From the NCBI RefSeq assembly GCF_009834535.1, contig NC_045696.1, positions 5,458,001 to 5,522,000 of the forward strand: DNA of 64,000 bases, given 5' to 3'. The position numbers and the translations under genes are program-made. Positions 1 to 11,310 of this stretch are shown here, piece after piece. The first letter of the stretch is position 1. The number at the start of each line of letters is the position of its first letter. This DNA is from Camelus ferus (taxonomy: Eukaryota). The notes under the pieces were generated by a model. That model made no database searches. It had not been told where the DNA came from and saw only the letters and a program-made list of their open reading frames with translations.

Positions 1-215
1 CTTTTAAAGGGCTCGTCTGATTAGACTGGACTCACCCAGATAATCTCCCTTTTCATTAACTCAAAGCCAATGATTAGTAACCTTAACTGTGTCTGCAAAA
101 CCCCTTTTTCCATGTAATGTAACATAATCATGGCTGTACTGTCTCATCATATTCACAGTCCTGGAGATTTGGGTGGGAGGTCCTGGAGGACCATTGTGGA
201 TTGTGTCCCACCACA
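1..215 (-). mobile_element. MaLR LTR (MLT1), partial
   Basis: ttttaaagggctcgtctgattag...cccagataatctccct... is typical reverse-complement MLT1. Confidence 0.75.
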
Positions 216-258
216 TCTTGTGAAGTTATTCATCATCTGGCTCCAAATGACCTAGCCT

Positions 259-635
259 TGTCTTCGTCAGCTTGAGCTCCCATAACCATACCACAGCCTG
301 GGTGGCTTAAAGAACAGATGTGTTTCTCACGGTTTTGGGGGCTGAAGTCCAAAATCAAAGCAGCAGCAGATTCGGTTCCTGGTGAGAGATTCTCTTTCCT
401 GCTTTTCAGACAAATGCCTTCTTGGGCTTCTTGCTGTATCCTCACATGGTGGAGAGAGATGATCTCTCTTATGTCTCTTCAGATAAAGGCACTAATCGCA
501 TCAGGAGGGCTCCACCCTCACAACCTAGTCACCTCCCAAAGGTCCCAACTCGAAATGTCATCATGTTGGGGACTAGGGATTTGACTTGTGAATTTGGGCA
601 GGAGGTTGGGGGGGACAACCATTCAGTCCACAGCC
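259..635 (-). mobile_element. MaLR LTR (MLT1A/B-like)
   Basis: ctgggtggcttaaagaacag...ttctcac...gaagtccaaaatcaa...attcagtccacagc. Confidence 0.85.
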
Positions 636-779
636 AGTCTTACCCCTTTGGACTCTGCTTCTACTGGGTTGAACAATATTTCTTTCCCCAATTCATCACG
701 CTCCTGCTCACATCCAGCCTTTCCACACAATAGATTTTCTCTCTGAAGCCCTCCTGCTCCTCCCATGAGGCTGGGTCTT

Positions 780-1017
780 ACACAAGTCTCAGGTTAGATT
801 TCACTTTCCCTGGAGAGCGTTCCTGGTCCCTCAAGAATATGTTAGGTACCCCATCTCCGTGCACCCACTGCACCCAGCATGAAGCTCACCAAAGCCCTTA
901 TCACTCTGCACTGGGAATGCCTGTCTCCAAACCATTTTCTTTAATAAAAAGTGAGTTCCAAGAGGGCAGGAACCCTGGCCCACAGTAAGTATTAGACAAA
1001 AATCTGATGAATTAATG
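780..1017 (+). mobile_element. L2 3' fragment
   Basis: gagggcagg...ctggcccacagtaagt...tgatgaattaatg resembles the L2 3' end. Confidence 0.55.
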
Positions 1018-1148
1018 TGGAGCAACTGTCAGTCGTAAACTGCTGGAAATCAAAGCATATACTTGCTTTAAAAATGTGTACCTCTGGCTCTAATTTGAAT
1101 TCTAGGCTTTACAGTTGGAGTTAGAACTCCAGGATCAGTTTCCAGCTT

Positions 1149-1378
1149 TGCTATGGACTGAATGTTTGTGCCCCCTTCCCCCGGATTCTTCTTTTGAAGC
1201 CCTCTCTGTCTCTCTCCACCATGTGAAGATAGAACCAGGAAGCATGCCTCACCAGGAGCTCAATCTGCCAGCACCTTGATCTTGGACATCCCAGCCACCA
1301 GAGCTGTGAGCTATAAATTTCTCTTGTTTAAGTCACCCAGTCTATGGTATTTTTGCTACAGAAACCTGAGCAAGGACA
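1149..1378 (+). mobile_element. MaLR LTR (MLT1A/B-like), internally deleted
   Basis: tgctatggactgaatgtttgtgcccc...caccttgatcttggac...aagtcacccagtctatggtattt. Confidence 0.85.
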
Positions 1379-2868
1379 GCTTTGGGCAAATTATTTAAAG
1401 TTTCTGAGCCTCTGAGTTGGATGGTTTTAACTTTGTGGTCTTTGCTTACACATTACAGGATCTGATATTTGATCTTACATGCTATGGTTTAATGTGAAAT
1501 GAGTAGGAAATCCTTGTTCTGGTGTTGTCTCCTGTAGACATCAGATCCTGACTCAGTTTCATCATCTCTACAATAAGGAAGCTGGACCTGTGGAGCGCCA
1601 AGGTCCCTCTCCTGTCTGATACTCTTGACTTCTTACCCGAGATGAGCAGCATTACTAAAGGCATTACTGCTAAAAGCACCAATTAAAAGACTGTCTTAAT
1701 GTAGATGCAGCCTGGTTCTCATCCCTGAACAGGAATCTAATTGTTAAGTTCCGATCTTCATCTCTACTGACAAAGGACAGCACCCTCCCCCAAAATCTTC
1801 AAGGCCACGATGCTGTTCAAACAACAAGAGAACAAATAGAAACATCTGTCCCCCCAGAGCTGGGAGTGGCCACAGGCTCCTAATGAGAAGAGTGTTTTGT
1901 CGTGGTTCATGGACATCAGCCCTGAGGCACGAACATGCAGACTGGCACCACCTAGAACCTTAAGGGCCGCACTGGGTGTGTCGCCTCTGTGGTTTTCTGC
2001 CTAGCCGACTCCCTGCACCTACCTCACAGCTCTGCGTCATGGAACAGTACAGCTGTGTGAGGCCTTCGTCACAGCCAGGGACATTCCTGAGTTCAGTCAC
2101 TGCTCTATGTGGACAGAGAAACTCAGGCCAGTGTGAAGGGAATTACTGCTGTCACAGTCCACTTCTCCTTTGGCTTCTTAATAATCTAATGCAGGTCACT
2201 TTGTCTGTTGTAAAGTGGGGTAATTCCAGTAGCGTTTCAAATAGGCATTAAATGAAACAGTATGTGTTAAGTCAATTACTAACATGTAGAGAATGCTTGT
2301 GATTAGTGGACCGTTTAAGCTGTTCAGGACATGGACTCATGGGCAGAAGAGGTAGAGGCTACTTAAGAAGTAATTTTTAAGAGGTAAGAGCAAGAGACAA
2401 TCTCCTCCCAAAGACAGACCCACACCAGGCGCTCTGCCGTTTCTCTACTACAACGTTACCCCTTTGGCTTCTGCCCTTTGCCTGACGGTCTCCGTGGTGG
2501 ACAGCCTCTCCTACTTGGCCTAGGTAGCGGTCTTTCCTTAGGGCAAGGCAGCCCACTCTCTAGTCCCTGTGGTTCTGATGAGACAGTATCAGCCACTGTC
2601 TATAACCCCTCAAGGCCACAAGGACGGGCCGCAGGTCAGGCATGGCCCCTCCTAACTCCTCCGCCCCCCTCCCCAGCAACACGGATTGGCCCCAGGCGTG
2701 GCCTGTGGCCAAAGAAGACAGTCAGAGGGCTCTGCAGGGACTGAACCACCAAAGCTAGGAAAGACGTTCCCTCCTTCTGTGGGCTGTGGCCCCCAGCGTC
2801 CATGCCTGTCACGGGCAGAGGGCATGATTCAGCAGGACCCAACAAGGTTATCTGCTAGCTGGAGACTG

Positions 2869-3111
2869 GGTCTTTAAGGTAAAATGAGTTTGTCAGCATG
2901 AGCCCTAATCCAGTATGGCAGGTGTCCTTACAAAGATTAGGACACAGGGAGAAGATGACCATCTACAAGCCAAGAGGCCTGAGAAGGAACCAAGGTTGCC
3001 AACACCTTGATCTAGAACTTTAAGCATCCAGAATGGAGAGCAAATACATTTCCGTGGTTTAAGTTGTCTAGTCTGTGGTGTTTGGTTCCTACAGCCGAGC
3101 AGACTAGGACA
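2869..3111 (+). mobile_element. MaLR LTR (MLT1)
   Basis: ccctaatccagtatggcaggtgtcctta...ccatctacaagccaag...agactaggaca. Confidence 0.85.
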
Positions 3112-3199
3112 CATGGAAAGAGGTCATTTGACTCAGACAGAGCAAGCAGCAATGGAGCAGAGGTCTGAGGTCTGAGGTCTGGGCCCGGGGATGCTCCAA

Positions 3200-3660
3200 A
3201 TGCTGGCTGGCAAGGTTGGGAAGAAGAAGTGAAATCAGCAAAGGAGTCTAGGATGGAGAGGCCAAGAGGTGAGGTGAGGAGAGGGAATGCAGCCGAGTGT
3301 GCTGTCCTGGAAGCCTCGGGAGGGGAGCCCGAGGGAGGACAGCGGGCTCAGCGATGTCAGATGGCCCTGAGGGCTCCAGCCAATCGCAGGTGCCTGCCGG
3401 ATGGAGGACGCGGGCCTCCACCAGAACTGTCGATGTGGAGGCCAGGTGAGGATGGGTGAGGCGAGGAAAGCTGTTCTTTGGAGACGTTTTCATACTAAGG
3501 GAAAGTAGAGAAAAGGGACAGGACTGGAAAAGGAGGGAGGTCCAGAAAGTCGTCTTTGAGTGGGAGATGAAAACATGTTTGTGTGCAGTGAGAATGTTCT
3601 AGAAAGGAGGGGGTGACTGGAGCTGCAGATGTAGGGGAAGGGACGATGCTGGGAGTGGGG
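3200..3660 (-). mobile_element. L2 fragments
   Basis: Purine-rich gtgtgctgtcctggaagcc...tgtcagatggccctgagg resembles reverse-complement L2. Confidence 0.5.
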
Positions 3661-3949
3661 TCTGGGAGGGGAGTGGCAGGTGGGACAGGACCGGCCTTTG
3701 AGGGAACCAGGGAAAGCCCCACGTTGTCATTGCAGGGAAGGCAAGGCCTGGCTGGAGGGTCATCCACTCTTTGAAGATGTCCCCTGCTCTGCCCACCGCC
3801 AGGCATCCACGCCCCCGACACACAGCCCTGCAGCCCCTCCCTGACCCTCCCACCTCTGTTCTGGGTCTGAGACGGGCCAGGATGCAGCCCACAGGGACCA
3901 GGGGTGAACGGTGACTTCAGGCCCGTAACAGCACAGGAATTGTGGCAGC

Positions 3950-3996
3950 CACACACTCAAGTCAGAGAAAGACACATCCATTTCAATCGCTTTATT
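3950..3996 (-). terminator. B3GALT5: Candidate distal poly(A) signal of B3GALT5
   Basis: Minus-strand AATAAA at 3996-3991 followed by GU-rich tgtgtctttctctgacttgagtgtgtgg, with an AT-rich block upstream (4330-4700). Confidence 0.55.
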
Positions 3997-6466
3997 TCCA
4001 TTGAAATGACACTTTGAAAGATCACGAATCCAAGCCTTTGAGATGAGTTACCACAAAGATTCTAAAGGTACAATTACATCAATTCATGGGGCTTGATTTC
4101 TTAAACTTAAATGAGAGCTTTTGAAAAATATAAATATACCTGAGAGAAAGACAATTCCACAGGGCACCTGCCTCCTAACACCTGAGCTTGGTGCCTGACG
4201 GGAGGCCTCACCGGCCCCACTCACCCGGGCTCTCCCCACCAAACACCCTGCCAGGGTCAGCATTTCTGTGCTTCTGAAACTCAAAGGAAACAGGAGCTCT
4301 CCATCTCTTACAAAGATAAGCATGTCAGCATATTTTTCTAAGCATATACAATCAAAGTCAAATTTAAAAAATATTTTCCCAAACTCAAAATAAATACAGA
4401 AAACATCAATGTGGGATAAAAAAAAAAAAAAAGATTGTCCAGTTTACCACCTTACATTGCCGACTTTTCAAGAAGAGCCCATTTACCAGCTCTATCTACA
4501 ACTTAGAATTAAACGTAATTAAGTGCATTATGCTACGGTAATAATTTAATTTTGATTAAAGATAAATACCATTATTAATAAATTATAAATAAAAACATAT
4601 GCCTACTCCCAAAATATGACATTAGAATCTAGTAAATTCCCCTAAAACACAAGGACACAATGTTTTCAAATGTCATTCTGTAGTTTATTTCTTTTCTTTT
4701 AGGAAAACAGAGTGTCCTCGGTTGGCATTAAGTAGTTTCCAGTCATGAAGATGGAAATCCAGACAGCCAGATTTGTCTTGTTGTCTCATTTGACCAGGTG
4801 GAAAATAAATCAATTCTCCCCATCTGATATAGTCCCAAATTAACTAAGAGTATCACTACTTCTTTGGTTTGTCTCTTTGTCTGGGAACTAAAGCACTGGG
4901 CCCTTGAAGACCTTGCGCTGACTTCCCGCTAGCGTGCGAGGCACGAGCCCACGGCCAGGCTGGGGGGCCGTCACCCTGGCCACCTGGACCTGCCCGCGTG
5001 GGCACGGGCTTCTTAAACCAGAGGGTGGAGGTAGCAGAGTGGACAGACGAAGCAGAGTACTGGTGCAGCAAGCACTACCTTTGGCTCTTGTTTCTGCTTG
5101 TATTTAAGGTTGACTGTGCCTGGTAAGAAAGGAATTCATTTTTTTTAATTAATTAAAAAAAATTTTTTGTCTGTCCGTTTTCCAATTGGCAGGCATGAAG
5201 ACACAAGGCTTCTCCCCCATCCCCTGTGCCCGCCCAGCCTTCATGGCTCTTTGCCCCAAAAGGGTGGTTGGGGGAGGGGGGAGGGGGAGGGAGGGGGAGA
5301 GGGCAGGCAGCTTCACGGCTCAGTTTCAGGGCAAATCTGGGAACAAAGCCTCTTTTCCTGATGGTCATACTTTCAAACCAGGAAGATCGAGGAACCCCTA
5401 AGTTCCCACAAGCTACAAATCCTTCCATCAAATTCAAAACAGAGAAATGTGAGCACGTTTCCTATCCCCAGACACAGAATTGAGAGTTTGTTTCCAAGAC
5501 ACCTCAGATCAAGTTCACATAGAGATTTTTGGATCAGGTAGAATCAACAGAAACAAAAATAAGTGGTAATAATAATCGATAAGAGAGACTTCAGGAACTA
5601 ATGTTTGAAGGGACCCGCAGTTCACTTAATCCTCTGCTTAGTCAGACAGCCCAGCACTAGGCCCGAATACCTAACCTGGCAGCTGATCACCAAGCACCCG
5701 CTCCCCGCCAGACACACGCCAGGCGCCTGGGCGGAGGGCGGAGACGCCCGGGAGAAGTTAACAATCAGGAAATTGCTGAAATGTCAGTCCTGATAAGACA
5801 AATGCTAAAATTCTTCTTAAAAAAATAATGAGAAAACAAATACTTTCAAATGGGACGCACACAGAAAAGGTAAACATCTCATCCATGTTGAAAACGAGGC
5901 GCACGGCAGCCGTTACAGTCAAGCAGGCTTGTTAATTATTGGCCCTGTTACAGAGCCACCCGCTGTCCACGGGGAGAGCGGCCGGGCGCCACCACGCTGG
6001 CCTTTCCCCGGTCAGCCGGGGCGCGACGCGGGCGCGGTGCAGACCGCTCTCAACAGCAGCGTGAGCACGGCCTGGTTTCTGAGAAGTACATCCATATCCA
6101 GTAAGCTGTCCGATCTCTTTCACTTTATTTCACTCTTTCTAAACTTCCTGCCTGAAAGTTGGAGTTCAGGAACATCTCGGAACAAGGCGACGGCGGTCCA
6201 TTCCCGCAACCCGTGTTCCCGCCTCACCAGGCACAGTGCACGGCCCATGCTTGCTGTGTAACAGGCGGCAGGTGAGACCTCTCAGGCTCCACCCTGCTGC
6301 CCCGAAGGCTGAGAGCCCCAGGGCACCTGCTCTTCACAACCCACGTGAGCAAAGTCACCTTGATCTCCTCACTGCCCTTCCTGGACTCCGGGGGAGGGCA
6401 GGTAACATAGAGAAACCGGCTCTCCCCGAGTGTGGTGCCTCTGTGTAGAGCCGTGGATCACACCTT

Positions 6467-6478
6467 CACACACACACA

Positions 6479-6509
<31 letters not shown>
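6467..6509. repeat. (CA)n microsatellite, one interruption
   Basis: Directly visible. Confidence 0.97.
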
Positions 6510-6632
6510 TGATAGAAGCCAATGCCTGGAGTGTTAAACCCACAGTCTTTCGAGAAATGGCTTGTCTTGCAAGGGCTTTAGGTAGAGAGAGGTGGAAAGT
6601 GGGCTGGACTGGACGGGAGGGGCTCATGTTCC

Positions 6633-7149
6633 TGTGAACAGAAAATGTTGCCAGACGTATCAGTAAACAAAAGATGCCGCGGCCATCAAGTCATCAGCCA
6701 CTACCATCCCCCCTCAGCAGTGAGCAGAAGGAACTCAGGATGCAGACAAGCAGGCAGCCCCGCCTCTGCTGCCACCCCCAGCGGTGCCCCCTGAGGGGAC
6801 ACAGGGTGTGGACGAACAGGACACGGGCCCTGGGCAGCTAAGGTGCACATCAAAGGGGTGATTTCAATGAGCTCAGAACTTTGCACCTTCTCATACATAG
6901 AAAAGCGCTAAACTATTTAACTTGAGATGTCTGGTTTAATTAACAGGAATCTTTTGATGTTCTGACTGCCTGGTCTTTGTTATAAAAATGCCTATATATC
7001 CTGGCTCCTCCCCTACCTCTTTCAGGAACAGTCCCTCAAAGCAATCTGAGAGGCTGTCATCCTGGGCTTAAGTCTTAAGTCCTGAGAAATGTCGGCCAAA
7101 TAAAACATAACTCTCAACTTTCAGGTTGTACATTTTATTTCAGTTGGCA
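6633..7149 (+). mobile_element. Solo ERV (class I-like) LTR
   Basis: TG...CA termini (tgtgaac...gttggca), near-identical 4-bp flanks ttcc/ttct, TATAAAA at 6981, AATAAA at 7099-7104. Confidence 0.8.
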
Positions 7150-8289
7150 TTCTGAAGCCAGGAACTTGTTGGAGCTGTCAGATGGAGAACTTGAATGAAC
7201 TCAAGATGGGGCTGGTCAGGACAAGTTGGAGGACCCAGCTAAACAGGAGGTTCTGGGGGACTTCACAGATGACAAAGGGTCAAGTCTCAGAGGGTCAAAG
7301 AGGACAGGGAAGGAGCAGATAGAGATGCAGTCAACACTTGGGAAACAAGTGATGGCAAGTGGGAGAAAGACAAGATGGCAGACCCCGTGGGCGGCTGGGC
7401 AGGGCCAGCCCTGAGCTTCCGGTGGGGAACCCAGGAGGCTTTGGAGTCCCTAAGCGCCATGGGAGGACTCACCAACCACACCCTGGTGAAGGGCAAGGCA
7501 TTGAAGGTCCAGGGTTGGGGGTGGTCTCTGCCACATCTGAGCCTCCCTGGTCAGACAGTGAGTCACTCTGAACGTCAGATTTCTCAACTCAAAACTAGGA
7601 GGTTAATTATAATGAGAGGAGCTATTTTGAGGACTCAAGGGCACATCAGGTGTGGAAATGGTCTACGGTGTTTGTCAACAGAGAAGGCTCTGAACAAACA
7701 CTTCTTTCAGTTGTCAACACATCGTCTTCTTGACAAGGTGTGTCTGCAGAACTCAATGGCCGTGAACCTCAGCTTGACCCTCATTCCTGACGTCCTATAA
7801 AACGGATTGAGCATATTTGCCCAGTGAATGAATAAATAAGAGAATGAATGGCTGACACGAGCTTTCTGATGCTGGTTTCCAATCCTGGAGAAGCCGCTAA
7901 TGGAAGGACTTGGCAAAGTGACTCCATTTTCCTGAGCCTGAGCCTGGGTTTTCTCACCTGGAGAAAGGAGGCTGCTTTTTAAAGTGCAGAAAATCTCTAA
8001 GGCACCTCCAGCTCCATTTGTTTTTTTAACCTGTTCAGTTCGTCACACTTACTGAATTAACCGAGTCTAGAAACACTGGGATCTGAGATTTTGAAGGCCA
8101 TGAAGGTAATAACTTCTGCTAGAGTGCCAGGGAAGATTACAAGAAGATAACGGAGCAGGAGCTGAAATGAAGTCTTAAAGACTCACCCCAAAGATCTCTT
8201 GATTTGCCTGCAGATCACTATAAACATGCCACTACAGTGAGCACCACAATTCACAGACCAAACCTCGCCAATCATCAGGACGCACTCAC

Positions 8290-8445
8290 ATTATCAAGCA
8301 ATTTACACACATTGTCTCAAACCACACAATAACCCTGTGAGGTGGGAATGACTATGGTCCCATTTTTCAGATGAAACAACTGGGGGAAAGGTAATTTGCT
8401 TATAGAGGGAGGGAGGAAGGTAGAATTCAAACCCTGGCAGCCCAA
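8290..8445 (-). mobile_element. MIR SINE
   Basis: aataaccctgtgaggtggg...cccatttttcagatgaaacaactg core. Confidence 0.75.
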
Positions 8446-9538
8446 CAACAGAGTAACCACACTCAGTAGGATCAAAGAACTCTCATAAAAATTCATTCAC
8501 TGTGTTTTAAAAGTATATGATGCTAGCCTTTAGGGGTAATTGGAGCTGTGCTGGGGTGCCCAGCAGAAGCTGGGGATCCCTGGTCTGACCTCTGAAACAG
8601 CCCACAGCTTATGGACAGGAGGACAGAGTCCCCTGGGGCGATCACCCAGCTTCTCTGGGTCTCTGAGTTTCCTAATCAGGTCTGCTTTAAAAAAAAAAAA
8701 ATTACTCCGGAGGTAAAGTGGAGGACAGGTTGGAAGGTGACATGACCCGATCTGTGAGGCCAATTAGGAGTATGTGGCCTGAGGCCAGCTGAGCCTAGGT
8801 GGTGGCCTGGACCGAGGTGACAATGCTGGCCACGGAGGAAAGGGGCCAAACCCACAGGAATCAGCAACCGTCAGGCAAGGCAGCACCGAAGCAAGGCAGA
8901 GGGAAGTCACAGAGCTGAAGGGACTGACAGTGACAGTGCTTCCTGAGACCGGAAGCCCCAGGGGAGACCGGGCTTGGGGGCAGGAGGAGCTGAGTCTGGT
9001 TCCAGCTGCGCATTTCAGACACGCACCTGTTGGGGTTCCAGGAACAGAGGCTACTCGGGCTGCTGGCTCGAGACACGGAGCTCAAGTGTAGGAAAGGGGG
9101 CCTGACAGGTTTTGCTGGTTTGTGTGTTTCCTTCCTGCCTTTTTACAGAGCGCTACATGGTCACAACGGTGTGTTTGAAGACAAATAGGAAGTAAGTACA
9201 TTTAGCTCAAAACAAGACTAAGGAAAAGGCAGTTCTGCCCCATGGATGTAGCATCAGGCCAAGGGCCAGGAGCCGCTCCGAGTGCTGGGCTGAAGCTTGA
9301 ACTCTGCCAGTTCTGGTTTTCATGCCGAAACGAAAGGGGTGGGACCAGAGCCCTAAAACCCCTGTACGTTCAGAAACACAGCAATTCTCCCTTCATCTGA
9401 ACCTGTTTTCTCACCTTTCATTCCAGCTGTCCTCATCTACAGAAATGAGGACCGTGACCCCGGGCCAGACACACCTTGGCAGCAGGAAAAGAAGAGTGAG
9501 AGGGTCTTGGGGTTTCCAGGGCCCGTCATTTTTGGGGT

Positions 9539-9653
9539 GAGACCCTCAGTCCATGAGGTCAGGCTGAGAACCTTGGGACATGGGATGAGGCTGAGAACTC
9601 TGGTCTGTGGGGTCAGAAGGAGAACCCCAGTCCTGGGGTCAAGGTAAGAACCC
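9539..9653. repeat. Degenerate ~27-bp minisatellite, ~4.3 copies
   Basis: Units start at 9539, 9566, 9593, 9620 and 9646 (gagaaccc...ggggtcaggct-like). Confidence 0.8.
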
Positions 9654-10899
9654 GTATCAGAGAAAGTGGTTAACCTCAGAGCATAACAGGAAGTAAGGGC
9701 AGACTGACTTTGCATTCTATGTGAAGAGATGTTTTTAAGAATATAATGTGTGCAGGACGTTTCAGGGCACCTAAGGCTTCTGCAAAAGAGTTCAATGACT
9801 GGGCTTGCAGGAAAGGGGCCGGAGTTTTAGGATAATTCCATCAGACCTGTGTGCAAAATGCAACCTCCAAAGAGGCGCTGTGACACTAGGGTCTCCACCC
9901 AAACTGACTGATGTGACTCCTCTTAGGTGTCTTTGAGACTGGACGGCAGGGTAACACTGTCCAGTTATTAAACAAAAGGGAAGGACTGCAGTTTGTAAAG
10001 TTAAAATGTTGGGCAATTTGCTGCCACATTCAAGCAGTTTATTCCATGCCACTGTATATACAGTTTCTTAGGTCAACAAGGACATGTTCAACTAAACTTT
10101 ACTTTTCTATTATTAAACATAGTCCTTGAAGGCTTGTTTATCAGGGAAATTGCCTCCTAAACCAGGGCCCAGCTTTCAGCTGCTAAATCCCTTCAGTGAG
10201 GTCAAAATAGACCCATAAGGTGACACCCTTCCTGGGTAACCATGGACCATCCACACTCCTGACACTCAGGCTGCCCAGATCCCGGGACACCAAGCAGTGG
10301 CCCCCAAGTCCAGAATTCACTTGCACAGCTCAAGAAAGCTGGCATTGCTCCGTAGCTCCAGTTTTAAAAAATAACCTCGAATATTGGCATGGCGTGGTTT
10401 TTCACGTCCCAAGGATGCATACGTATGGAGTTACTTCTACCCAGAAGACAACTGGACTGAAGTCATTCTCATGATCCTGATCTACTTCTGGACAACATGG
10501 TTTATTGCTGTCATTCTCCTGGGACTAAAAGCTGGATATGGTTGAGGAAAAGAGGCAGGTGTCAAGAATCATGAAAACAGACGGACGTGGTGGGTGGGAG
10601 GAGGTCAGCCGTGCGGGGGTTGGAGGACAGGCACATTATAGGGGTCTATCCATTTCTCAGTGCGTGAGGTTTTCCATTCTAGAAAAAGGGGGGGTGGGTC
10701 AAGAAGCCCTGCCATACAGCAGTGCTAGGGTTTCAGGTCCCAGTTTTCAGCAGAAGGGGGATTTCAGGATCCCACTTACTGATTTGTAGAGGAACTGTAT
10801 GTTGTAACCACAGTGTTGGCTGCGTTTTAAATATCCTTCCCCTTTCTGCCACAGTTCACCTCTTCCCCTCTAAAACCACCTTCCATAAAGGTCACTTCA

Positions 10900-11310
10900 G
10901 TTGCATTCAACAGATCTTTACTGAGCGTCTATCGTGTGCCAGGAACTGTGCTAAGAATTTGAGTAAATCAAGAAGACAATAGAGCCCCATTCCTGCACAA
11001 GCTTTTGTTCAAGTGAGATGAACTATAAACAGTCAATTTAATACAAGACACATTACAATAAATAGACATTGTATACTCTGTTGGAAAGTGATGAGTGCAA
11101 TGATCACAGGGCAAGAGGACACAGGGTTGGGCGATGCGATTCCACAGAAGGTGATCAGGGTTGGTCTCATCAAGAAGGAGAGAGCTGACCAAAGACTTGA
11201 AGAGGCAAAGGAGTGGGCCATGAGACTGAGAAATAGGGCGACCCTAGCAGAGGGAACAGTCCATGCAAAGGCCCTGAGGCGGGCAGAGCATGCCTGGGGT
11301 GTCCCAGGAA
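10900..11310 (-). mobile_element. L2 3' fragment
   Basis: cattcaacagatctttactgagcgtctatcgtgtgccagg...gaacagtccatgcaaaggccctgagg. Confidence 0.85.

Noticed and set aside
1482..1682. Hydrophobic-start ORF with a GTAAG donor at ~1637
   Set aside because: Starts at TTG rather than ATG, has no recognisable homology and no supporting exons.
4212..4273. Exon-like minus-strand segment (acceptor, ATG, two donors; MLTLAGCLVGRARVSGA) as an IGSF5 leader exon
   Set aside because: Poor signal peptide, no resemblance to recalled IGSF5 N-termini, no Ig-domain exon found in the window, and it lies inside the probable B3GALT5 3'UTR.
9539..9653. CRISPR-like array
   Set aside because: Eukaryotic context; contiguous degenerate tandem units with no unique spacers and no cas genes.
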